Below are positions 1 to 12,446 of a DNA stretch of 64,000 nucleotides, one piece after another. Position 1 is the stretch's first letter, and each line of letters opens with the position of its first letter. Below the pieces are notes generated by a model that ran no database searches, was not told the origin of the DNA, and saw nothing but the letters and a program-made list of their open reading frames with translations. The stretch is taken from assembly GCA_964187785.1 (NCBI GenBank), contig OZ076409.1:77502001-77566000 (forward strand). The letters run 5' to 3'. The position numbers were made by a program, and so were the translations under genes. Origin of the DNA: Amphiscolops sp. MND2022 (taxonomy: Eukaryota).

Positions 1-2642
1 AATGAAGAAGAAGGGCCGCGGAACTGGGACGTCGGAAGCACAATTCCTCTTTTCCTTGACGTGAGATGACGCTGAACGTCGAATCCCGAAAAAGCTTACT
101 TAATTAGAAATTTCACGCCTCTGAAGGGCACCGGGTTGAACGGAGTGTTAAGTCCACTTGCGAGATTTTGCTTGCGTGTTTACCGTGAACTATAAATACC
201 TGACGTGTGACTAGGAACAAAACAATTCTGTTTTCTTCTTCAATTTGCAGTACTCGTTCTCTCATTTTGTAATCTGAGTTTAATAAAACTGGAAAACTAA
301 ATTGCAAATACTATTCGGCCTTGCAATGTCTGATAACCCAATTTTGTAATATTGATGAGGTTTCGTCCGATATTTTTCTGGCTTTTTGTATTAATCACGC
401 AAAGAGCACTTGACAGTTTGACTGCATCTACCGTTGGATTCAGAAGAAAATAAACATCAGAACACTAATATAACTATTATCCTGTCATTCAAATTTTCCC
501 TCAGAAAGAATGCACAAAAAGACGCAATAAAAAGTTGAGGAAAGATTCTCTTGAGAACCCAGCCCAGAAGATATAGAAGTAGCTAGCTCTTTTGCCAATG
601 AAAACCGCTGTTTATCGGAGCGGAATTTTGAGGACTTTATTAGCAAGATCGAGAACCGCATGTCAAAATGGTAACGGGACAAAGAACATAGTCAGAGGGA
701 GATTTAAGATTTATAAAAAACCCCTAGTGTAAAGTAGAAACTCTGTTAAACGCTGCCTCTTAATAAGGATATTCCTCCGCCAAGCGAGAGCAAAAAGGGG
801 GTTTGTCTGCGACTTCGAAGGTCCGTCTAACGTAACTAGAAGCGCTAGTTCTAACAGCTCGCAAAACGTTTGTTCCTGTAGAAATTGAAGGGACGTCGGT
901 AAAATTCGGTAAAATGGCGTCAGTCTGGTAGGAACGGTGTTGTTGGTAGGTACTGCTAAATTATATGGTCGTAGGAGGTTTACAAAAAGGTCATCTTCCA
1001 ACATCTCAATCTTCCGCATATCACAGAGCAGAAGACTTCTATGTGCATTTTTCAGGTTTGTAGGGTAATTAAGACACATTTATTTGTTTTTGAGGTTTCC
1101 TTGCTCTGATCTCAACAAAAAAGCTCTACTTTCGTTCAAATTTTATTCAAGATGTTATTGATCCTTTTTCACCAACTGTTAGCAGCTAGTCTTTTCCGGA
1201 TATGATTGGGACAAATGTCGAATTTTGCGTGATTGTTGTTTTCCTGTCTCGTACTCGAGAGTTTCTCACTATATTTGTTTTTTCTTCAAATCAGCGTTTT
1301 TCAAATGATCTTTGCTTTGTATTGTATAAAAGATCTTTATAATTCTGTATGATGTATTTAGAAAGTCTTCAGAAGGAAAAATTTTGGAACCCCAGAAGTA
1401 CAAACCAGGGAGAAGCGGATACGCCGTGTCTACATGAGTGTATCAAAGGGGAAGTTGTGCGTTAGTTTTTGGTCTTGAAAAAAATTATCTCGTGGTTTTC
1501 TCAATGAAAATTTGTCTGAAAGCAAAGTTTTTGAAATTTTGCATGTTTTAAACAATTTTTCAAACTTGTGAGAAAAATGAAATCAGGAAACAACAGCTTG
1601 TTTGTAAATCATTTGTGAGAAACTTTTCAGAAAAAGATCGTTTGGGAGACCTTCAATTTACTAGTCATTTTGGAAAAAAAGTGAAAAGTGTTTCAATGGG
1701 TGTTGTTTTGAGCAAAGAAAAATAAATTGTGACCGAATTCAATATGAAAAAGCGTTCTGACTTTTAAAAGTTTTTCTTCGTGCCACAAATTGTTTTTTTT
1801 TGTATCAAAGTTACCTCGTTATAATTCAGGACGCCATCGGTACCTGTTCTGAACCGTTGTTGACATGCTGAGTTTTAAACATTTCCGTCTAAAATTTTTG
1901 TTGCGATAAGTAGATAATAGATTTGATTGATTTTAGCCAATCAAAGATTCTTACTTACGGAAACTTGGTATAAAATAACCTCTTGCATAACTTATTACCG
2001 GAAGGTTTTTGAAAATTATGTAATGGGCTTTTTAAAAAACTTGCGGATGTTTCACTCTTGAATTGTCCATTTAATTCTTTTTTCCACGAAATAGCTATTA
2101 ACCACTGCGTGTCTTTGGGGTTTGTTCTTTTTTCTCTGTGGCTTCACAATTTGATCATCAAAGGATTTTAAAAATCATACAACTACCGCAGCCATTGCTT
2201 TGAGTTGAATTTCTCATTTCTAGAAGAAGAGCGAATGATAAAGGAAACTGTTTCAGCAAGAATTCGTCCTGAGTTTACTCCAATCAGAATTGGTAATGGC
2301 GTGGATGTACAAGGCGAAACGAATGCCGAGAGTGAATGCTGCTAGTTTGTGCATTTGATTTTCGGTCTCCTAGTACTCTTCGCTTTGATTTCACAACAGT
2401 TTTATATCCTGAACAAACCTGTCGTAATTTCAAAAGAGCCTCCGCAAACTGTAATAGCGAGTTCGGGCTTTTACAAAAAAAACTACTCCGGAAAAGTATA
2501 CCTAATGCTTGTGACATTTTTTGATAACGTGGATATAACAATCGAAGTCAAAGTTGAACAATTGATTGTTGTATTGCCAATGAAAGTGAGAGTTTCTCAA
2601 CCATAGAAAATTTGAGTGTTTTTTGCTTGAGCTGTGAACCGA

Positions 2643-3982
2643 CCCGGGTTGACCCTCTTACTAGCATCTTGGCTGTCTTGGCAAGATCTTGCCAAATTCT
2701 TACTACATCTTGGCATCCATGGATCCCATGGCAAGATTCTTACTAAGATCTTACCAAGATGTATCTTTATTCCAAGATCGAATCTTACTAAGATTGAAAA
2801 AATTCTAAGATTTCAAAATTTCGATCAAGAGTGCTAAAAATAGCTACATTCGTATAATAATTCTTTTGCCTGGTCTTTCCGCGATTTCTCAGCCTGGACC
2901 TTGATTTCCTGCAAAGATTGAAATTCTCTGGATTCAGATCGAAGAAATCATTGTCGTTCTAGGTAATTTTAGACTTATTCTAGTGGTTTTAGATCTTACA
3001 ACGGTGAATTGAGACCCGGCCTACAAGGTTTTTCGGAATATTTTAGGGGTTTTCGGGGTGAAATTGGAGAAAATATCGACTTTTTGGGCGACTTTTAGAT
3101 CTTATTCCAGAGATCTGAGTCTTTATTTCAGTGATCAGTGGCTTAGGATCTTATTCCACTGAAATGAGTACCGACGTACACGGTTTTTGGTCCATTCAGG
3201 GGTTTTCTGCATGAAGTCGGAGATATCATCTTCGTTTTAAGGAATTTTAGATCTTATTCCTGTGATTTTAGTTATTAATCCAGTGGCTTTAAATCTTATT
3301 CCACTGCAATGAGAACGGACGTAGACGGTTTTTGGTCCATTCAGGGGCTTTCTGTATGAAATTAGAGACATTATTGTCGTTCTGTTAAATTATTTTCGAC
3401 CTTTTTCCCGAGATCGTAGTTCTCATTATTTCAGTGGCGTTAGATCTTATTCCTGTGAAATGAAAACCGGGGTACAAGGTTTCTTCAGGGGTTTTCAGTA
3501 TGAAATTGGAGAAAATATCGTTGTTCTGATGAATTTTAGACCTTCCAGAAATTTTAGTCCTTATTCCAATGGTTTTAGATCTTCATCCACTTAAATGAGA
3601 ACCGAAGTACACGGTTTTTTGTCCATTTTTTGATTTTATATAATATTTTATATACAAAATTCTTGTATTTTACAGTTTTGGAGTGAGTTTTGGATTTTCA
3701 ATAGCTTTTAATTTAAAGTTTTTCTGATCCTTTTTTTCTCAATATTAAGCAGTTCGTAGCAAATTTTTCTTGCCATCTTGGGCTTCTTAGTAAGATTTTT
3801 CTTGCCATCTTGGGTTTCTTATCAAGATTTATCTTGGATACATGCCTGTCTTGGTAAGATCTTATCATGGCAAAATGAATACCATGGCAAGATCTTGACA
3901 AGATCTTGGCCAAGATTGTTCCAAGATCTTGCCAAGATCTTGCCAAGATCTTACTAAGATATCCATGGAGTGTCAATCCGGG
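2643..3982. mobile_element. Non-autonomous TIR element, CMC/EnSpm-like, with internal ~145 bp tandem array
   Basis: TIRs cccgggttgaccctc / gagtgtcaatccggg (13/15 match); GA dinucleotide on both flanks (2-bp TSD). Subterminal AAGATCTTGCC-rich arrays at both ends; tandem units at ~2950-3620. Confidence 0.7.
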
Positions 3983-4213
3983 GATTTAAAGGCAGAGAAG
4001 AACAGATGCTATCAGTTTAGGACATTTCCCCAGACACCCTTCCTTTATACAAAACTAAAGTTTCACCTAATAATAATCTTTTCAAAAAAACTAGTAATTT
4101 ATGCAAGTTTTTTTGCATAATTTATGCCTGTGTTGTAAGGGAGAGAAGGGAAAGGAAATTTTTCATTTATTATGGTCAATTCTTGAATAATATGGTCATA
4201 TTTCTATGGTTAA

Positions 4214-4791
4214 TCAGAAATATTTTTTGCTATAATGGTCTAATAGAGCTCTTCTGATTTTCCTAGCTCCCAAAATGAAATCGTCTGGTACAAAAAACGC
4301 GTGCAGTCGTCGAGAAGTTTTCCTCTTTTCCATAACACAACGGCCTTTTGGGCGGTTCGGGTAAAAGATCAGTGTCCTTTTTTTCATTCGCTTCTTCCTA
4401 CACACCACGCCAAAACACTTGCAGAAGCAGCAACACAGATCTCGCCTCAGTAACCTCCGGTATAACTTCTTCAATTCAATTTGCACCATCAGGCAGTCGG
4501 CATTTCTCTCAATGGAACCCAAATCACCAATGGTTAAACCAATGAGCAAGTTCATAAGAATGAGGGTTGTCAACATGGTAGTGAGCAGCCAATGAACAGT
4601 GTGAGATGGTTCAAGTTCTGCGTCTGCCTGGCGGAGGGCTGTGTAGTTTTGAGTCAAATGAGATGTGTCTATGTAACCGTACATTATACTCAGCACTTGT
4701 AGAATGCTTTTGGCGAAGTATCTCCGTTCAAGTGCGCCATAGGCTCCTTGAGTTGGTGTCAGCGTTTAGCAGGAGTACACCACCCAGTCCT
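4214..4791 (-). pseudogene. TRPA-like ion channel, copy A, last exon (pore, S6, C-tail), with in-frame TAA at 4766-4768
   Basis: Acceptor tattttcag|AG; MYGYIDTSHLTQNY, LMNLLIGLTIGD and FYPN present. Reads TGC TAA ACG CTG versus TGT CAA ACG CTG in copy B. Confidence 0.82.
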
Positions 4792-4855
4792 CTGAAAATA
4801 CAACACAGTTAAATCAAGAGCTCAAACTAGGCTCCGCTGAAAATGATACGGAAAG

Positions 4856-5829
4856 ACAAGTAAAATTGAGGCTTTCGTGTCACGGTAAATTTGGTCCAGT
4901 TTTGACACAAATTTCAAACACGCATACATAATTTTTCAAAATAAGAAAAATTTTTTGTGGGGCAGGAACAGCAATTGCTTCCGAGTTTCAAAACCTAAAT
5001 TTCGACGCTCTTCGTCATTTTTTCGCCCGGCTGCAAAAATTTGATCTACTGGTGCTGATTGAAAAGTACAAACAAAACCAGAGCCGCATATGCGGTAAAG
5101 GAGTCGGCCTAGGTCTTTTTCTTTCTGACTCGCTCCAACACCAGTCTCACGAATTTATTGAAATTGCACACATAGGTCCATACTATGGTGTTGAAAATGA
5201 CTGTTGAAATTTTCGTTCGAATCGTATGGACAGTTTTTGCAAAATCAAAAGTCGAAAAATGGCTGTTTTTTGGCTATTTTGGGTTAATTTTGGCTATGTT
5301 TCTCACATCCCAGCCATACGATTTTCATGCCATTGCACATATAGGACTGTCATAAGGTGTAGAATGATTGTAGAAAATTTCGTTCGAATCGTATGGACAG
5401 TTTTTGAGAAAATCGAAAAAAAAATTTTAAAAATCACTGTTTTTTGGCCATTTTTGTCCTAATTTTGGCTACGTTTCTCACATCCCAGCCATACGATTTT
5501 CATGCCATTGCACATATAGGACTCTAATATGGTGTAGAATGACTGTAGAATATTTCGTTTGAATCGTATGGACAGTTTTTGAGAAAATCGAAAAAAGTCG
5601 AAAAATGGCTGTTTTTGGGCTAATTTTGGCTATGTTTCTCACATTCCATTCATACGATTTTCATGCCTTTGCGCACACAGGGGCCCCTTTGGGTGTAGAA
5701 CGACTGTGCAAAATTTTGTGGAAATCGAATGGACGGTTTTTGAGAAATTTGAAATTTTCATGAAAAGGTTGGGAGAAAAAAACGACACGATTGCTTAAGT
5801 AGTCGAGAATTTTTTCCGGCTCCTAAAAA
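4856..5829 (+). mobile_element. Helentron/DINE-like non-autonomous element with ~170 bp internal tandem repeats
   Basis: Starts ACAAG and ends in an imperfect stem-loop followed by TAAAAAA; gttcgaatcgtatggacagttttt-like units at ~5215, 5382 and 5558. Confidence 0.55.
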
Positions 5830-6485
5830 ATCGATATTTCTCAGTCAATTTTACGCAATACAGCCGACCCGATTGAATATGATTGGATAGCAGGGAAAAT
5901 ATTGTCAATTTTGTTATCCAACTAATATTTGCATCGAATATAGTTACATTTGCATCAAATATTTGTTTGTGAATATACTTTTATATCTCATATAAAAGGA
6001 TGGAAACAATTCAAATGACTTTGAATGAAGATCAGATCCATTTTCGGATCTCTGTGAAAACCTTCTAGATTTTTTGAATATATAAACTAGGACCTAGCAG
6101 AGTGTTGTACGCCATTATCATTCCAAAGATAATTTCACACGCTGAAATTTGATTGGGCTATATTTCACACCATTACACGAATTGACGACTCCATTGGATT
6201 CAAATAGTGCAGGGCGAAAATAAGAACAGCAGTACTGCTCCTTCCTCGCCCTTTGTGGGAACGACTGGATGTCGCAGTTGATAGGACGTTTATGTCATTC
6301 CTTTCTCTTTTATTACTGGTAATTTTTTCGGTCAGTGTTTTCACTAGGGTAGGACACCCTAATTGGGCTATTTCTCTGAGTGTTTCATTGAGATTTCTGA
6401 TATGAACACCAATAAAAGTAACTATTCCTATTCCTAATCCTAATGGGAACTAAACGAAGCTATCAGAAGGAGAAAACCTATAAAC

Positions 6486-6758
6486 CTGTGGGATTGCGGT
6501 TCAAATAAGCAGCGACAATTTCGCCGTATCGTATTGTAAACTCTGTGGTGGCAAGGGCTAGAATCAGCAAAAGGATTGGTAAAATATTTTTGCTGATCGT
6601 TTTGAGAACACTGAATGAAAGAAGAATAAATTTCCCGCAGAGCGTATTTTTTGACAACTGCTCCAGCAAGTTAAGCAAAAGAAGTAGAGTAAGGATTGTT
6701 GTGTAAATGGTTGTACTTTCCGTCCCTGGTTGAACCTGCTGTAAAGTTTTGCAAGAAC
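6486..6758 (-). pseudogene. TRPA-like ion channel, copy A, exon 3b (S4-S5); 5' boundary uncertain (6738-6758)
   Basis: IYTTILTLLLLLNLLEQLSKNTLCGKFILL...LPILLLILALATTEFTIR matches the second half of B exon 3; donor ACAG|gtttat, phase 1 as in B. Confidence 0.75.
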
Positions 6759-6869
6759 CTTTAGATGAGAGCTACCAAAGTTTATGAGACAAAGAAATGT
6801 CTTTTGCAAAAGTTTTCAGTTTTCTTTCCAAATTTCATTGACTCTATGATTTCAAAAATTACTTCTTTT

Positions 6870-7409
6870 TTTTAGTCGGCGTTTTCGAAGCAAATCCCGA
6901 CTCTTACAGTGGCTAGTTTTTTTTTCGTCAGTTCAACGCGATCGGTCCACTTTTTGTGCATTAATGCACATTTGCCAACTTTTACCATATGTACTTAGTA
7001 CTTCATTTTCAACGCACTCAAAGCCTCTAACATGAGATAAAAAGCCATTCCAAAGCAGAAGGGTCCACTTTTTTCGACACTATGAGACTTTCCTCCTTGT
7101 TTCGGCACTGTGAGACTGTTCAAAATTCTGATTTTTTCCGAATTTTTTTAATTGTTCCCCCATCAATTTTTGATATTTTCCAACAGAATGGATGTTCAAA
7201 AAAATCCCAAAGGGTCCCCCTTTTACATTTTTCGGCACTATGCGACTTACCGGAAACTTCAAAAAAATTTCGAAAAAAAATTCGGAAATTTTTTTTCTCA
7301 AATTTTAGTTTTTTGAGAGCTTTTGATGTATCCAGTTGTGGAAAAAGTGGTTGTCGAGTTTTTTTGAGCCTTAGATATGGCGCCGACTTGGGCCGTTCCC
7401 GGCTTGTTT
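6870..7409 (-). mobile_element. Helentron/DINE-like interspersed repeat (family starting ACAAGCCGGGAACGGCCCAAGTCGGCGCC)
   Basis: Same 5' motif as copies at ~26245, ~33645 and ~37378; 3' hairpin agtcggg...gccgact followed by AAAA. Confidence 0.65.
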
Positions 7410-7654
7410 GTTACTGAATCTGATCTTTTTTGCATCAAAAATCGGAATTTGTAAAATTTGTTTCTATATGATGAAGTTTTGGCTCCATTTAACAATAAAA
7501 ACAAAAGCAAGGTTAAAAATGATGAAACATCACAGTTTCAATCGTTTAGAAAGCATTTCAAAATTTCCAGCTAAGATTCCAACTATCTTCATAAAGTTTT
7601 GTAAGCAGTATTTTGCGACTTATAAATAATCTATAGTTTTCAACCAAGTCCAAC

Positions 7655-7965
7655 TAGGGATTGCATTAAAGATGCAGAAAGGGACGCCGATGAAAAAAAG
7701 TAATTGGAAGAGAATTTCTTTCCAATGATTTTGCACAACCATCAACTTGGGAAGTTCCAATAGAGTATGCAGTAGGAAGAGGAAAACAAAAAGGGGCGAA
7801 TTGATAATACGTATTGTCGACAGAAACTCTTGGAAATTGGGGTAATGAGTTGAACCTTCAACTTCCCAACATGCTTCGTATAGAAGATCGACAATGTTCT
7901 CCGTCATTATTAACAACCATCCAGTAATCAGAAGGAGAAATTTCAGAAGTGTCTTTTTCCAATCC
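7655..7965 (-). pseudogene. TRPA-like ion channel, copy A, exon 3a (S1-S3); 3' boundary uncertain
   Basis: Acceptor ttttatttcag|G. DWKKTLLKFLLL...NHWKEILFQLLFFIGVPFC matches the first half of B exon 3. The frame hits TAA at 7620-7622 unless spliced at a weak donor (A|gttgga). Confidence 0.72.
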
Positions 7966-8233
7966 CTGAAATAAAACTAGCAGAATTCAGTTTCGCTGCT
8001 GGAATCTTTTCGTCAGGTATTTTTTTTAGCCTATTAAGTTTCAGCAGTCCAGTGATTCCATTTTGAACCATCCTGGCATTGAACTTCAATGCGCTTCATT
8101 GAATGAGCTTGGCTACAGTTAACGCGCACACGTTCAGAATATATAACGGAATCCAGAGAGAGGGGGGCATCAATTTTTTTCAATTTTTGAAAGCGCACTA
8201 ATCAAGAAAGTTGTTTTTACCAATATTCCAAAC

Positions 8234-8619
8234 TAGGGCTGTGCAATTATCATTTTTTAGTTCGGTCTGTTATCGGTCGGTTGTTTAAAAAATTGGTCGG
8301 TTATCGGTTAGTTATTTAATTAAAAAATGTGAAAACAGTAAATTTCAACTTCATTTCTGAACAATTTACTTAAGGCAACTTCTCAGAAAAACAAGTTCGC
8401 AGGAAGTTTGTGAGTTTAGAGATTCTCTTTGCGGCGTAGCGATAATGTTGCCTGAATCGGACCAATATCGTTCATTAGGACCTGCTGTAGCTGGTATTCC
8501 AAGTATACTAATTATAATTAGTTGGACGAACTAGTCGGTTATAAAATGAGTCGGTCGGTTTTGGTTATTGACAACTTCGGTCAGTTAATTGAGTTCGGTC
8601 GGTTAATTGCACAGCCCTA
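8234..8619 (-). mobile_element. Internally deleted hAT transposon retaining the C-terminal dimerisation-domain coding fragment
   Basis: Perfect 16-bp TIR TAGGGCTGTGCAATTA; perfect 8-bp TSD TTCCAAAC. 8509->8366 encodes SILGIPATAGPNERYWSDSGNIIATPQRESLNSQTSCELVFLRSCLK*. Confidence 0.88.
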
Positions 8620-8930
8620 TTCCAAACTAACAAAGTGCTAAAAAAATGCAGAAATGTAATGTGCACTAGCACTTAGAACAGGAACCAGTTATCAGTCATC
8701 GTTAATAAATGTTTCAAAATGTGAGCCAATTCAAGATCTCAAAACTATTTCGCAAAACTCTTTCGGTTCAGGTGCTAGTGCCAAGAATCGACCAATAAAA
8801 AGTTCCACGCATTTTTGTAGGTTGCTAACTGCAACATACCCACAGCTAAGCTGCACCCATGGAGCAATTGTGAAGAAAGCAGAACGCTACTAAACCTAGA
8901 CCCTAGGAGATTATAAATAAACTCTGTCTA

Positions 8931-10159
8931 CCCAGGTTTTCGACCTTTGCAAACCTGTGCAGATCTGCAGGGTTCTGCAACGATTGTTGCACTGAATCTT
9001 GAAGAACGATACTACCTGCATAACCTTTACAGAAGTGTGCAAATTTTTTAAAAAGATCTTTTTTATTAAAAAGTACTTTTTTCTGTAGCTTCTAAGGAAC
9101 CAAATTACTGCATTTTTGGACTTCCCCAACTACTTTATGAAGTATTTTAACTGACCAAGGTTCAGTCAGTTGAAACTCTCCATCACTCAAAATACTCGAG
9201 AAGGACAATTTGTCCCCATCACGGTAATTATGGTGACTGGAGAATGTGCGGTATTCGTTAATTATTATACACCGTTAATTTATCCATTTCACTCGAACTT
9301 TAAACAAGTGCCTGTTGAACTTTGAGAGGCTCGTTTGTCATATTGGCTTCATTTTGACGAATAAAATTTGACATGTGACAACCTTCTGGGTTGGTATATG
9401 TGTTGATAAAGTGTTGTTGTGGTTGCAATATTTCGGGAACAAGGTTTGTTGTAGTAATTTTAGTAATTGCTGGTAACTCGGAATACGGTATAGCGAATCA
9501 ATTTATCGGTCATTCTTTGGATCTGTAAAGATCAGCAAATTTCTACAGATCTGTACAAATTGCTGTAGAAACATTTTTCATCATTTTGACATGAATCAGA
9601 CTTTTCTCCAGTTATAAACATTTTATTATTCGTTTGAAATTGGTGTGGAGTTTTTATTGAGTTTTTGAGTAGATCACTTGGACCATGTCATCTATTTCCC
9701 TCCCCAGGTACACCTTGTTGGGAATTGCCCAACACGAAAGCACAATTTGTTTATGAATAAAAAATTTCACTAATAAGAGAAATTATATTAATGTATATAC
9801 TTAGAGAATTGTTTCTACAACTGTTTGGACACTTAATGTAAAAAAATTACCATTAATTGTTTTGATATTATTGTCCAAAATAGCAGAAATTCACGTTCGC
9901 AACAAGCTAAAATCGTGAAAAAAGGCCCCTATTTCAGCTCAAAGTGTGTCTGCTATAAAATCTATTGAGCAACTTTTAACTGACAGTCAATGTAATGGAT
10001 ATGATGGTATTTGAACCTTCTGTCTTATTCCCCCCCCGCCGCAGTTTGGGGGAAAATAGATGACATGGTCCGGTCACTTTTTTCGAATGTGCACATATCT
10101 GAAACGTTCTGCAGAAATCCTACAGATCTGCACAGATACGCAAAGATCGAAAACCTGCG
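8931..10159. mobile_element. Non-autonomous TIR DNA transposon with TA TSD
   Basis: ~40-bp imperfect TIRs (cccaggttttcgacctttgcaaacctgtgcagatctg versus the reverse complement of 10120-10159); TA on both flanks. Confidence 0.72.
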
Positions 10160-11034
10160 TACATAATAACAAACCCCTCTTATAAACTTACACTTGTCAT
10201 GTAACCATTTAATTCCTAATTGATCCACTGACAAAATTAATAAACCATTATGTGAATATATATGCTTCTTTTCATTATCACATAATTGTGATATCACATG
10301 TATAAATTCATTCACTGATCCGCAGACTTATTACCGCAAAATTACTTCGTGACACTACGTATGCGATCACGCAAACTTTACACATAATTCACGCAGAAAA
10401 TGTCACGCTAAGACGAAAATTACGCCAGATTCACGATTTTTCACACTAAAACACGATAAAACACGGTTTTTCAATTGTTTCAATTCAACTTGGATGCATT
10501 AACATTCAGAAATAAAAGATAATTCAATGTTTCTACATCAAGTCATTGACGGTCTTCCGTAAGAATTTTCTTGAAATATGAGAATGTGCGTTCCACTGGG
10601 CAAGAAGATGAAGGCAGAAAGCAATATTTCATTGCATTTTTTGATCTGCAAGATCTTCAAAAGCGTTTAGCTGAGTTAACTGATATCACGATATGCGAAA
10701 AGGAAAAGAGCTCTGAATTAATCGTCAATTGGTCAAATCAGGCAAGACCATTAATCACGAAAACCTTTCTCATAATCCATGCTCAAAATGTCAAGCTACT
10801 ATTGTAAAAGTCACAGCGAGTTCGCATTTTTCACCAAAAAAAACACAATTAAATACCGAATTTTTAACTACTTCAATGCAATAAGGAGGAATTAACATAC
10901 AGAATAATTTTATTGTTATTGCATTGTCTCTGACTATCTTATTTCAGAAATTTCTTCAAGTTTAAGATCTCTAAAACATTATTTGTAATAGCTTTTACAT
11001 TGTCTCAATTAGGTGTAATTGACATAAGAGTTTT

Positions 11035-11341
11035 GGATCTCTTTCACTATGTCCCGCCTATAACACTCGTTACACTATGTCCCCCTGGAGAAAATAAATG
11101 TTTGTGGCTCATTTATATTCATCTCCTATTGGCTAATCTCTCATGCTATTCTGTCAATCAATTGATGTCGTCATAACTAACGACACTTTTTATTGGTTCT
11201 TTTTATCAAAATCACCACTCAGCCAATCAGAAGCGTTGTTAGATAAGAGCAGATCTACGCTATTAGAAAGTGCAATACATGCATTTAATAGCGTTTCACT
11301 ATGCCCTTTTTGCTGTAGGGGGGATATAGTGAAAGAGATCC
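11035..11341. mobile_element. MITE with GG termini and 8-bp TSD (Merlin-like or Mutator-like)
   Basis: 21-bp TIR GGATCTCTTTCACTAT(G/A)TCCC; flanks AGAGTTTT and AGAGTTTC. Confidence 0.75.
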
Positions 11342-12069
11342 AGAGTTTCATATTTTTAATTTCAAACAAGGTTGAATTTCATTCAAGTCACAAGTTGGCA
11401 AAATCAATCAAATACATAATATTTCACGCGCAACTCAATTGAATGGAAATCACCGGATTACACGAATTTACACGCCGTGATTAACTGTCATCATGCGTGG
11501 TGATAATCATACGCCCGCCATTCAGCGCTTCGAAGTATATCAATATGCGTCACCACTAGTATACGTTTTTACGCATGACGAGTATGCGCTGTTATGCGGC
11601 TTCACCAGTAACACATGTTTTACTTGATTTAAACTGATTTGGACGCCATTTAGTACTAACGACATTTTCTATAAATGGAAAAATTATAATTTTCTATAAA
11701 TGGTCTCAATATTTTATAGCCTTATGTCAAGCTGACAAACAAAAAAATGTCATGCAACGAAATTAAATGGTGGGAAAATGTTGTTACTAAACAAAATGAA
11801 ACAATTGAAGAAACCTCACTTTTGAGCAGCCTAACTTCTCATACTTTCATAATTTGTAAAATACACTGCTTCGGCAATTCACCTATCTATTTTGTTTTCA
11901 CTATTCGGCATCGGCAAAGTTAAAAATCTTCACTGTGACAAAATAATTTAATTGTTTTACACGCTGAAAACAATTTAAACTTACGAAAAATGGAAAACAT
12001 TAGCGACAGGAGATCGAAGAGTTCAAGTAATCTTTCACCTCGTAGAGACATAAGTGCAACAGAAATGGA

Positions 12070-12446
12070 CCCAGGTGGCCACCGATCTTCCACCACAGTT
12101 CCATCGGTGGCCACTTCGGTGGCCGTAACAGTTTTTTGCGGTGGCCACTGGTGGCCCACCGGTGGGTAATGGTGGCCACCGATGGGCTATAGGTGGGGAT
12201 CGGTGAGCCACCGATGGACCATCGGTGGGCTACGGTGGGCCACCGGAGGGCCGTCGATGAAAGGTCCCCAAAGGTTGGTTACATTTGCTAGAAATGTTGA
12301 ACGAAATTTTCACTTTCGAAATTTTCGAATTTTCCACCGATGGTCCATCGGTGGACCACCGGTGGGAAAGCCTCCACGTAAGCTAATTTCCCCCCACCGA
12401 TGGCCACTGGTGGTCCACTGGTGGTCCACCGATGGATTTCCCTGGG
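12070..12446. mobile_element. GC-rich foldback MITE built of CCACCGATGG/GGTGG palindromic motifs
   Basis: CCCAGG...CCTGGG termini; many direct and inverted CCACCGRTGG motifs; sharp GC island in AT-rich DNA. No clear TSD. Confidence 0.6.

Noticed and set aside
113..1079. Minus-strand coding-like ORFs at the window start
   Set aside because: No recognisable motif, frames are broken by stops, and I could not build a splice model.
2306..2606. Type II membrane protein-like ORF (FGLLVLFALISQQFYIL...)
   Set aside because: Needs a frameshift to reach an ATG, has no downstream exons, and shows no recognisable family signature.
4766..4768. Alternative genetic code (TAA=Gln) explaining the stop in copy A
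   Set aside because: This is a single instance; copy B has no in-frame TAA/TAG in 574 codons and uses CAA/CAG normally.
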